Source: Cupriavidus necator
Lineage (GTDB): Bacteria > Pseudomonadota > Gammaproteobacteria > Burkholderiales > Burkholderiaceae
Assembly (NCBI RefSeq): GCF_016127575.1
Contig: NZ_CP066019.1
Coordinates: forward strand, 2,310,001 to 2,342,000
Direction: 5' to 3'
Length of the DNA stretch: 32,000 bases
Both the position numbers and the translations under genes were made by a program. Every line of letters starts with the position of its first letter. Within the stretch, counting starts at the first letter, position 1. Shown one piece after another: positions 1 through 7,643 of the stretch. The notes beneath the pieces are model-generated. The model did no database searches. It saw only the letters and a program-made list of their open reading frames with translations, and had not been told where the DNA came from.

Positions 1-1558
1 GGCTGGTGGAGGCCTGCAGCCCCAGGTTGCTGCCTACGCCGCCGGGTCCGTAGGCGACTTCGGTCAGCGTCGGGGTCTCGAAGCCGCGGCCGAGGTTGGC
101 GTAGACGTTGAGGGAATCGAGCGCGTGCCACACCACGCCAAGCACGGGGCTGACGTTGCTGTAGGTCGCGCTGCCACTGTCATCGGGGCTGGCCGCATTG
201 ATGAAGTGGTCGTCAATGCCAAGCCGCACCCGGCTGGCGCGCACGCCGCCCACCAGTTGCCAGGCCGGGTGGAAGGTCCAGTCGAACTGCGCAAACGCGC
301 CGAGGTCGGTCGCGGTATTGGTCTCGTCGCGGCGCAGCGCGCCCTGCGTGCCGTTCTGGTTGACGTAGCCGTTGCGGCCATCGCGCATGCCGTTGGCTTC
401 GAGCCCGGCGCTCCACAGCAGCGGCAGGCCGGCGGCGGTGGCGGTGCGCCGGCTCCATGACAGCGCGGCGCCGCCGTAGGTGCGGTCCAGGTCGACGATG
501 CCGCCGGCCGAATTCGGCGCGGCTCCGCTGAAGCCCAGCCGCTGGTACAGGTTGCGCGTGCCGCCGTACAGGCGTGCCGACACGCTGTCGGTCCCGGTCA
601 GCTGGTGGTCCACCACCACGCCGGCCTGGGTCTGCTCGACGTTCTTGCCGGTATCGAACTGGGTCGCCGCGGACACCGCCTGGCGCGGATTGGCATCGGC
701 CTGCGCGCGCGTTAGCCCCAGCGGGTCCTGCGCCAGCGGCTGGTTGAAATAGTTGAACTGGCCGGTCACGCGCGTGCCGCTCGCCGGCTGCGCCACTACC
801 TTGGCATTGAGCTGGTAGCGGCGCGCCGCGCTGTGGTCGCGGTAGCCGTCGGTCTGGTAGGTCCAGGCGTCGAGCGAGCCGCCGAGCCGGTCGTTGCCGC
901 CGGCCAGCGCGATGCCCGCCTGCCACTGGCCATCGGAGCCGAAGCCCGTCGACGCGCGCCCGCTGAAGCCGTCCTTGGGCGGATCGGGCGTGAACACCTG
1001 CACCACGCCGCCCGACGCATTGCCATACATCTGCGCAAACGGGCCGCGCAGCACCTCGACCCGGCTGGCGTTGGCAAGGTCGGCAGTGGAAGCCTGGCCC
1101 TGCCCGTCCGGCATGGTGGCCGGGATGCCGTCGACATACAGGCGCACGCCGCGCACGCCGAAGGTGGAGCGCGTGCCAAAGCCACGCACCGCCAGTTGCA
1201 GGTCCTGCGAGTAGTTCTGCCGGTCGCGCACCGCCACGCCCGGCACGCCGGCCAGCACCTCGGACAGGTTCACCAGCGGCGTGGCGCTGCGCAGCGGATC
1301 GACCGGCACGCTGTCCACCGCCGCCGGCGCGTCAAAGCGGCGCTGCTCGCTGCGGGTGGCGCTGACCACCACGTCGGGCAGCGTTTCGGCGGTGGCGGCG
1401 GCCACTGCCGTGCCGGGCGGGTCGGCGGCACGCGCGCCGGCGCTGGCCAGGACCAGCGCGGCGAACGCCAGCGCGGAGCGGTTCGCGAACGGGATGCGGG
1501 GGATACCGGAACGGCGCTGCTGCCGGACCGCCAAAATCTGCCTGCCGCCTGGTTTCAT
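1..1558 (-). CDS. TonB-dependent outer-membrane receptor, N-terminal about 519 aa (partial; continues past the window start)
   Basis: Not in the ORF track because it is edge-truncated. Hand translation of the minus strand from ATG at 1558 gives MKPGGRQILAVRQQRRSGIPRIPFANRSALAFAALVLASAGARA (signal peptide). The plug region follows: TLPDVVVSATRSEQRRFD...VNLSEVLAGVPGVAVRDRQNYSQDLQLAVRGFG...VRLYVDGIPATMPDGQG...VEVLRGPFAQMYGNASGGVVQVF. Barrel-like sequence then runs to position 1 with no stop codon. Confidence 0.85.
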   Translation of the reverse strand, partial: MKPGGRQILAVRQQRRSGIPRIPFANRSALAFAALVLASAGARAADPPGTAVAAATAETLPDVVVSATRSEQRRFDAPAAVDSVPVDPLRSATPLVNLSEVLAGVPGVAVRDRQNYSQDLQLAVRGFGTRSTFGVRGVRLYVDGIPATMPDGQGQASTADLANASRVEVLRGPFAQMYGNASGGVVQVFTPDPPKDGFSGRASTGFGSDGQWQAGIALAGGNDRLGGSLDAWTYQTDGYRDHSAARRYQLNAKVVAQPASGTRVTGQFNYFNQPLAQDPLGLTRAQADANPRQAVSAATQFDTGKNVEQTQAGVVVDHQLTGTDSVSARLYGGTRNLYQRLGFSGAAPNSAGGIVDLDRTYGGAALSWSRRTATAAGLPLLWSAGLEANGMRDGRNGYVNQNGTQGALRRDETNTATDLGAFAQFDWTFHPAWQLVGGVRASRVRLGIDDHFINAASPDDSGSATYSNVSPVLGVVWHALDSLNVYANLGRGFETPTLTEVAYGPGGVGSNLGLQASTS

Positions 1559-1871
1559 GGGATCGGAAGCGGTTGCGGGTTCTGGCGCGGAGGATGGAGG
1601 CGCCGGGCACAGGTGAATGTGTCGCAACTTTATCGTGTCCACAGCACTATTGCCACGCGCTTGGCCGCGGGGAAAACCCGCGGAGGAGATGGAGCCGGCA
1701 CCGGATTCCGGTTGTTCAGAAAAATTCAACAACTGATTGCATGGACGCTCACGCAGTCCGCCCCACGGCTCCCTACACTGCTTTCACCACCCGCCGCAAC
1801 CGCACCAGTCCATCACGCGATGCAGCATAAGGGTATTCAGATTTTCGCTACTACCAAGGGGATCCACCATC

Positions 1872-2492
1872 ATGACCACCGCACAAACCCGCGTCGCCAT
1901 CGTCTACCACAGCGGCTACGGCCACACCGCCAAGCAGGCCCAGGCCGTTGCGCGCGGCGCCGGCAATGTCGCAGGCACTGAAAGCCTGCTGATCCCGGTC
2001 GAGGACATCGACCAGCACTGGGACACGCTGGAACAGGTTGACGCCATCATATTCGGCGCGCCGACCTACATGGGCAGCGCCTCGGCACAGTTCAAGGGCT
2101 TTATGGACGCCACCTCGCGCAATGTCTTTGCCAAGGGCGGCAAGTGGGCCAACAAGGTCGCAGCCGGCTTCACCAACGCGGCTTCGCGCTCCGGCGACAA
2201 GCTGGCCACGCTGCAGCAGATCGCGATCTTTGCGGCGCAGCACGGCATGCACTGGGTCAACCTGGGCCTGCCCCCGGGCCACAACAACTCCAAGTCGACC
2301 GAGGACTCGCTGAACCGCCACGGCTTCTTCCTGGGCGCCGCCGCACAGTCCAACGCCGATGAAAGCGCCGACGTGGTGCCGCCGCTGGCCGACCTGCGCA
2401 CCGCCGAGCACCTGGGTGCCCGCGTGGCCGAAGTGGCGCAGCAACTGGTCGCGGGCCGGCGCGCGCTGGCGGAACTGAAAGAAGCTGCCTGA
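1872..2492 (+). CDS. Flavodoxin-like fold NAD(P)H:quinone oxidoreductase (WrbA-type flavoprotein), 206 aa
   Basis: ORF 1737..2492 trimmed to ATG 1872, preceded by aagggga. RVAIVYHSGYGHTAKQA is a flavodoxin-like FMN loop. DAIIFGAPTYMGSASAQFKGFMD and GKWANKVAAGFTNAAS are typical of the WrbA/NQO flavodoxin-like family. Confidence 0.85.
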   Translation: MTTAQTRVAIVYHSGYGHTAKQAQAVARGAGNVAGTESLLIPVEDIDQHWDTLEQVDAIIFGAPTYMGSASAQFKGFMDATSRNVFAKGGKWANKVAAGFTNAASRSGDKLATLQQIAIFAAQHGMHWVNLGLPPGHNNSKSTEDSLNRHGFFLGAAAQSNADESADVVPPLADLRTAEHLGARVAEVAQQLVAGRRALAELKEAA

Positions 2493-2511
2493 TCCGGTCG
2501 CACCCAGACAC

Positions 2512-2541
2512 ATCGGCCCCACATGGGGCCGATTTTCTTTT
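2512..2541 (+). terminator. Rho-independent terminator after the wrbA-like gene
   Basis: ATCGGCCCC (2512-2520), loop ACAT, GGGGCCGAT (2525-2533): a perfect 9-bp stem followed by TTTCTTTT (2534-2541). Confidence 0.7.
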
Positions 2542-2566
2542 CCGGGCAGTCGCGAGCCCTGGGCGC

Positions 2567-2719
2567 TCAGTACAAGACTTCCAGCTCGTCGAACAACTCG
2601 CTGTCCTTCTGCGCCGCCGAGCGCGCGCGGCGCCGGATTTCCTGCAGCAGGCAGTCGGTGAAGCACTGCGCCGCGGGGCTGCGCACCGCGTTATGGCGCG
2701 TGATGATGCCGAGCCGGCT
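2567..2719 (-). pseudogene. Probable 3'-terminal remnant of a LysR-type regulator gene (last ~50 codons only)
   Basis: The C-terminal part of minus ORF 2567..2914 reads SRLGIITRHNAVRSPAAQCFTDCLLQEIRRRA. This resembles the usual LTTR C-terminus (short hydrophobic strand, R..(L)SPAA..F.D.L). Upstream of about 2720 the frame loses any resemblance and runs antisense to the MFS fragment. Confidence 0.4.
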
Positions 2720-3424
2720 GGTCTCGTCCTGGTGATCCCGCTCGGTCTCTATATCCGCCGCCACCTGGAAGAAACCGCCGAAGCGCCGGCCGCCGGCGCG
2801 CCGGGCCATGAACGCGCAGGCCTGACTGAAATCTTCCGTGGGCACGGCCGCGTGGTGGTGGCCGGCGTGCTGGTGACGATCGGCGGCACCTCCGCCACCT
2901 ATATCGTGCTGCACTACATGACCAGCTACGCGGTGACGGTACTGAAGATCCCGCTCGGGCTCAGCATGGCCGCCGGCTGCGTCGCCGCACTGGTGCAGGT
3001 GGCCCTGTCTGCGTATGCCGGCAGGCTGTCCGACCGCATCGGCCGCAAGCCCGCCATCCTGTGGTCGCGCGTGGCGATGCTGGTGCTGGTCTACCCCGCC
3101 TTCCTGCTGCTCAACGCGCGGCCGTCGCTCGGCACGCTGCTGGCCGTGGTCGCGATGCTGGCCCTGCCGCTGGTGCTGAACGTAGTGCCGTCCGTGGTGC
3201 TGATCACCGAGCTGTTCCCGCGCCGCATTCGCGCGAGCGGGCTGTCGGTGGTCTATTGCATCGGCGTGCTGGTGTTCGGCGGCTTCGCGCAGCTGATCGC
3301 CACCTGGCTGATCGAACTGACCGGCAATGCCAGCGCCCCTGCGCTATATGTGATCGGCTGCGGCCTGATTTCGCTGGTCGGGCTGGCGATGGCGCCGGAG
3401 ACGGCGGGCAAGCGGCTGGACTGA
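2693..3424 (+). pseudogene. 5'-truncated MFS transporter (metabolite:H+ symporter type), C-terminal six-helix half only
   Basis: Resemblance starts at about 2723 with VIPLGLYIRRHLEETAEA, which corresponds to the end of TM6 and central loop (compare ProP-type LPLG..GLYLRH.LEETP.F). LTEIFRGHGR and six hydrophobic helices follow, including TELFPRRIRASGLS. The missing N-terminal half would need about 650 nt, and that space is occupied by the wrbA-like gene and its terminator. Confidence 0.65.
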
Positions 3425-3434
3425 CTGTGGCAGA

Positions 3435-4256
3435 CTACCCACCGGACAAGATCCGGCGCGCGCGCTCCAGCACCGGGCGGTCCACCATCTTGCCGTCCAC
3501 CGCCACCGCGGCGCCATCGGCAGCGGCAGCCGCGGCCATGACGCGCCCGGCCCAGTGCCGTTCATCGGCCGACGGCGCCAGGCCGTCGTGCACGCCGCAG
3601 ACCTGGCCCGGGTGGATCAGCAGCTTGGCGCCAAAGCCGAAGGCCCGGGCGCGGCGCGTTTCCGCGGCAAGTGCGGCGTCATTGCCGATTGCGGTGCAAA
3701 CGCCATCCACGGGCGCGGGCAAACCCGCCGCGCGGGAATGAAGCACCAGCCGGCTGCGAAAGTAGTGCAACGCCTCACCGTCGTCCTGCACGTCGAGATC
3801 GAACATCAGGTCGATGCTGCCGAACAGCAGCCGGACCACGCCGCCGGCACGGGCCAGCTCGCGTAAGCCGGCGAAGCCGGCGGCGTTCTCGACCAGCGGG
3901 AAACAGCGCACACCGGGCAATGCCGCAGCAAGCGCATCGACGCCGGCCGAATCGGCCTTCGGCAGCACGATTTCCGAGACACCCTGTGCGCGGCACCAGG
4001 CGAGATCGTCTTCGTAGTACGCGGTATCGGCGCCGTTGATGCGCACCAGCATGGCGACGCCGGCTGCCGCTGCCTGCTGGCCCAGCGCCGCCCACGGGGC
4101 GCCAAGCCCGTCGCGGGCCTGCCCCTTGTCGGCGGGCGCGACCGCATCCTCGAAATCGACAATGACGGCATCGGCGCCGGAGCCGATCGCCTTGGCGATG
4201 CGCTCCGGGCGCGAGGCCGGGACAAACAGGTAGCTGCGAGGATTGGCGATCGGCAT
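3435..4256 (-). CDS. HpcH/HpaI aldolase / citrate lyase beta-subunit (CitE)-like acyl-CoA lyase, 273 aa
   Basis: ORF 3435..4475 trimmed to ATG 4256, which follows AAGGAG (tgaaaggagcagccATG) and sits 11 nt after the upstream stop. Motifs: SYLFVPASRPERIAKAIGSGADAVIVDFEDAV, LVRINGADT, IVLPKADS, PLVENAAG, FGSIDL, KLLIHPGQV. Confidence 0.85.
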   Translation of the reverse strand: MPIANPRSYLFVPASRPERIAKAIGSGADAVIVDFEDAVAPADKGQARDGLGAPWAALGQQAAAAGVAMLVRINGADTAYYEDDLAWCRAQGVSEIVLPKADSAGVDALAAALPGVRCFPLVENAAGFAGLRELARAGGVVRLLFGSIDLMFDLDVQDDGEALHYFRSRLVLHSRAAGLPAPVDGVCTAIGNDAALAAETRRARAFGFGAKLLIHPGQVCGVHDGLAPSADERHWAGRVMAAAAAADGAAVAVDGKMVDRPVLERARRILSGG

Positions 4257-4267
4257 GGCTGCTCCTT

Positions 4268-5440
4268 TCAGACTGCGCCGGCCGAGCGCAACGCGGCAAT
4301 CTGCGCCGCGGTCTGGCCCAGTTCGGCCAGGATGGCATCGGTGCTCGCGCCGAGCGACGGAATCGGGTCCATGCGTGCCTCGGTCATGCCCGGCGGCAGC
4401 AACGCCGGCACCGGACCCACCGGCGTGTCGACCTGGCGCCAGCGCTGGCGCGCCGCCAGCTGGGGGTGGTCCCAAACGTCAGCGATGGTATTGACCCGCG
4501 CATTGGCAATCCTGGCGGCCTCCAGCCGGTCGGCCACTTCGGTGGCGGTCAGGCCCGAGAAGCTGTCGACGATGCGCGCGCGCAGCGCGGCGCGGTTCTG
4601 GTTGCGCAGGCTGTTGCTGGCAAAGTCGGGATGCGTGGCGAGATCGGGTTCGCCCAGCACCGCCTCGCAGAACACGACCCACTCGCGCTCGTTCTGCAGT
4701 CCAAGCATCACGGTCTTGCCATCGCCGGTCGGAAACGGGCCATAGGGATAGATGGTGGCATGTGCCGCGCCCGCGCGCGGCGGCGGCTCGGCGCCATCGA
4801 AGGCGTAGTAGAGCGGGAAGCCCATCCACTCCACCATCGATTCCAGCATCGAGATATCGATGCGCTTGCCGCGCCCGGTCTTGCCGCGTTCCAGCAGCGC
4901 GGCCAGGATATTGGTATAGGCGTACATGCCGGCCGCAATATCGGCTACTGAGGCACCTGCCTTGACGCCGTCGTCCGGCGTGCCGGTCACGGAGACAAAG
5001 CCGGACTCGCTCTGGACCAGCAGGTCGTAGGCCTTCTTGTCGCGGTACGGGCCGTCGCTGCCATAGCCCGAGATATCGCACACGATCAGGCGCGGGTACT
5101 TTTCGCTCAGGCTGTCGAAGTCCAGGCCCAGGCGCGCGGCCGCGCCGGGCGCGAGGTTCTGCACCAGCACGTCCGCGCGTTCGAGCAGTCCGGCCAGCAC
5201 GGGGGCGGCCGCGGCGTGCTTGACGTCGAGCGTGAGGCTCTCCTTGGAGCGGTTGGTCCAGACGAAGTGCGAAGACAAGCCGCGCACGCGCGTGTCGTAG
5301 GCGCGGGCAAAGTCGCCGCTGCCAGGCCGCTCGATCTTGATGATGCGCGCGCCCAGGTCCGCCAGCTGGCGGGTGCAGAACGGGGCCGCGATCGCCTGCT
5401 CCAGGGAAACGACGGTGATGCCTTCGAGGGGATGGGGCAT
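4268..5440 (-). CDS. Family III CoA-transferase (CaiB/BaiF family), 390 aa
   Basis: ORF 4268..5476 (TTG) trimmed to ATG 5440. Motifs: PLEGITVVSLEQAIAAPFCTRQLADLGARIIKIERPGSGDFAR, DVLVQNLAPGAAARLGL, LIVCDISGYGSDGPY. The length is typical for the family. Confidence 0.9.
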   Translation of the reverse strand: MPHPLEGITVVSLEQAIAAPFCTRQLADLGARIIKIERPGSGDFARAYDTRVRGLSSHFVWTNRSKESLTLDVKHAAAAPVLAGLLERADVLVQNLAPGAAARLGLDFDSLSEKYPRLIVCDISGYGSDGPYRDKKAYDLLVQSESGFVSVTGTPDDGVKAGASVADIAAGMYAYTNILAALLERGKTGRGKRIDISMLESMVEWMGFPLYYAFDGAEPPPRAGAAHATIYPYGPFPTGDGKTVMLGLQNEREWVVFCEAVLGEPDLATHPDFASNSLRNQNRAALRARIVDSFSGLTATEVADRLEAARIANARVNTIADVWDHPQLAARQRWRQVDTPVGPVPALLPPGMTEARMDPIPSLGASTDAILAELGQTAAQIAALRSAGAV

Positions 5441-5526
5441 GGTGGTATCCGGTTTTGCGCAATGTCCTGACGGCAATCTACCGGAGCGGGCCGCACCTGG
5501 GAAATACCGATTGCCGAGGGGATCAT

Positions 5527-5543
5527 AAGTAAAATGAATACTT
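5527..5543. promoter_or_regulatory. Candidate LTTR-type dyad in the divergent promoter region
   Basis: AAGTA-N7-TACTT is a perfect 5-bp inverted repeat in an AT-rich patch 23 nt upstream of the LysR ATG. It lies between the divergent LysR gene and the CoA-transferase operon. Confidence 0.35.
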
Positions 5544-5565
5544 TGGAATTCTCCCGGAGCCTGCC

Positions 5566-6543
5566 ATGGACCTGCGCGCCATGCGCTATTTCATCGCCAT
5601 CGTCGACCAGGGCAGCCTGACGCGGGCAGCCGAAGTGGTCTGCGTGGCGCAGCCCGCACTCAGCCAGCAGCTGGCGGCGCTGGAAAAAGAGCTGGGCGTG
5701 CCGCTGGTCCATCGCGGCGCCAAGGGCGTCAAACCCACCGAAGCCGGCCGCACACTCTATCGCCACGCCCGCAATATCCTGCGGCAGGTGGAGATCGCCG
5801 GCGCCGAGGCCCGGGTGGCCGGCACGGATGTTACCGGCATGGTTGCCATCGGCCTGCCCACCACGGCGGCAGCGGCATTCGGCATGCCGCTGATCCGCGC
5901 GGTGCGCGCCCGCTATCCGCAAATCCGGCTGCAGCTGTTCGAGAGCATGAGCGGTTATATCTCGGAGCTGCTGGACCACAACCGGCTGGACTTCGCCATC
6001 CTGTTCCGCGATGTGCCGTCGCGCGCGGTGGAACTGGAGCGGCTGGCAAGCGAATCGCTATACCTAGTCGGGACGCTTCCCGTGACGCGCGGGCGCGCAA
6101 AGGCGCAAGCGAAGCCTCGGGCGCTGGCCGGTGCGGAAGGCGCTACGGTCGCGATCAAGGCACTGGGCGAGCTGCCACTCGTGCTGCCAAGCGGCTCGCA
6201 GGGCCTGCGTGAAGTGGTCGAACTTGCCTTCGCGCAGGCCGGCGTGTCGCTGAACGTGGTGGCCGACCTGGATTCGCTGCCCTTCCTGCTGGCGACCGCG
6301 CGCGAGGGCCTGGCCTGCACCATCCTGCCCGCGTCGTCGCTGTCCGACGCGGACAGCGAAGTGCCGCGGCACCTGATCGTGCCGGAACTGCGCCGCACGC
6401 TGTCGCTGTGCTGGCCACGCGCGCTGCCGCGCACCAGCGCGGCCGAGGCCGTGGCGGAGATGCTGCGTGAGCTGGTGGCCGAGCGCATTGCGGCGGGCGG
6501 GTCGCTCAAGCCGCTCATTTCGCCGCCTGCGGCCGATCAATAA
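5566..6543 (+). CDS. LysR-family transcriptional regulator, 325 aa
   Basis: N-terminal wHTH: MDLRAMRYFIAIVDQGSLTRAAEVVCVAQPALSQQLAALEKELGVPLVHR. It is divergent from the CoA-transferase/lyase operon. Confidence 0.9.
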   Translation: MDLRAMRYFIAIVDQGSLTRAAEVVCVAQPALSQQLAALEKELGVPLVHRGAKGVKPTEAGRTLYRHARNILRQVEIAGAEARVAGTDVTGMVAIGLPTTAAAAFGMPLIRAVRARYPQIRLQLFESMSGYISELLDHNRLDFAILFRDVPSRAVELERLASESLYLVGTLPVTRGRAKAQAKPRALAGAEGATVAIKALGELPLVLPSGSQGLREVVELAFAQAGVSLNVVADLDSLPFLLATAREGLACTILPASSLSDADSEVPRHLIVPELRRTLSLCWPRALPRTSAAEAVAEMLRELVAERIAAGGSLKPLISPPAADQ

Positions 6544-6650
6544 AACTTATGCCCGTAGTCGGCGATTGAATTTCACGCCGGCGCGGCAGTCGGCTAGAGT
6601 TGCCACCAGCCTGGGCCGGCATTCACGGCCCCGCAATTCCAGGAGACACC

Positions 6651-7634
6651 ATGCAACGCACCCGCCGCGCCCTGGCAGCCGCCGCTGCCCTGGCCGCATG
6701 CCTGCCGCTGTTCAGCGCCAGAGCCCTCGCCGCCGCCCCCTATCCGTCCAAGCCCATCCAGATGATCGTGCCGCAGGCACCGGGCGGCACCAACGACATC
6801 GTCGCGCGACTGGTCGCCGCGACCCTGTCGCAACGGCTCGGCCAGCAGGTGGTGGTGGAAAACCGCCCGGGCGCCGGCGGCAATATCGGCACCCAGGCAG
6901 CGGCCCGCGCCACGCCGGACGGCTACACGCTGCTGATGACCATCAGCAGCACGCAGGCCATCAACCCGTCGCTGTACCGCAGCATTCCGTTCGACCCGGT
7001 CAAGGATTTCGAGCCGATCGCCCCGGTGGCAAGCGTGCCGAACGTGCTGGTGGCCAATCCCGCCTTCCCCGCCAAGTCGCTGCCCGAATTGATCGCGATG
7101 GCCAAGGCCAGGCCGGACTACTACCGCTATGCCTCCGCCGGCAATGGCACGCTGAACCACCTGCTGGGCGAGATGCTCAACAGCATGGCCGGCATCAAGC
7201 TCGAACATGTGCCCTACAAGGGCGTCGCGCCGGCGCTGAACGATGTGCTGGGCAACCAGGTGCCGCTGGCCTTCGCCAGCCTGCCGTCGGTGCTGGCCCA
7301 TATCAAGGCGGGCAAGGTGCGCGCGCTCGGCGTCAGCTCCGCCAAGCGCTCGCCGTTCGCGCCGGACATTCCCGCGATCAACGAAACCGTGCCCGGGTAT
7401 AGCGGCGACCTCTGGGTCGGCCTGTTCGCGGTCAAGAATACGCCGAAGGACGTGACCCAAAAGCTCGGCCAGGCCATGCAGGAGATCCTGGCGGACAAGA
7501 CCCTGCGCGACAAGCTGGCGGCACAGGGCGCCGAAGTGATGACGGGCACGCCGCAGCAGTTCAGCAAGATGCTGGCGTCCGACATGGACAAGTGGGCCCG
7601 CATCGTGAAGGCATCGGGCGCGCAGGTGGACTGA
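6651..7634 (+). CDS. Bug-family (tripartite tricarboxylate transporter, TctC-like) periplasmic substrate-binding protein, 327 aa
   Basis: ORF 6600..7634 trimmed to ATG 6651 after AGGAGA. Signal peptide MQRTRRALAAAAALAACLPLFSARALA. Bug signature: PYPSKPIQMIVPQAPGGTNDIVARL, then YASAGNGTLNHL and VPYKG. Confidence 0.9.
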   Translation: MQRTRRALAAAAALAACLPLFSARALAAAPYPSKPIQMIVPQAPGGTNDIVARLVAATLSQRLGQQVVVENRPGAGGNIGTQAAARATPDGYTLLMTISSTQAINPSLYRSIPFDPVKDFEPIAPVASVPNVLVANPAFPAKSLPELIAMAKARPDYYRYASAGNGTLNHLLGEMLNSMAGIKLEHVPYKGVAPALNDVLGNQVPLAFASLPSVLAHIKAGKVRALGVSSAKRSPFAPDIPAINETVPGYSGDLWVGLFAVKNTPKDVTQKLGQAMQEILADKTLRDKLAAQGAEVMTGTPQQFSKMLASDMDKWARIVKASGAQVD

Positions 7635-7643
7635 GCGCGGCGT

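Noticed and set aside
1700-1745. An AT-rich patch GTTGTTCAGAAAAATTCAACAACTGATTGCA between the partial TonB receptor and the wrbA-like gene, considered as a Fur box. Nearby are hairpins CCGCGGG-gaaaa-CCCGCGG and ACCGGA-t-TCCGGT.
   Set aside because: There is only a 6-bp dyad (GTTGTT/AACAAC) and a poor match to the GATAATGATAATCATTATC consensus. It lies about 150-190 nt from the receptor ATG. It cannot be supported as a Fur site or sRNA without comparative or expression data.
4257-4475. Long N-terminal extensions offered by the ORF track. Examples: 3435..4475, 1737..2492, 6600..7634, 7644..9248, 11191..13374, 13994..15214, 18205..19266, 19366..20874, 20909..22291.
   Set aside because: The extensions are Arg/Pro/Gly-rich, overlap the upstream gene or promoter, and lack an RBS. 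In each case an internal ATG with a good Shine-Dalgarno sequence begins the recognisable domain or signal peptide, so the starts were trimmed.
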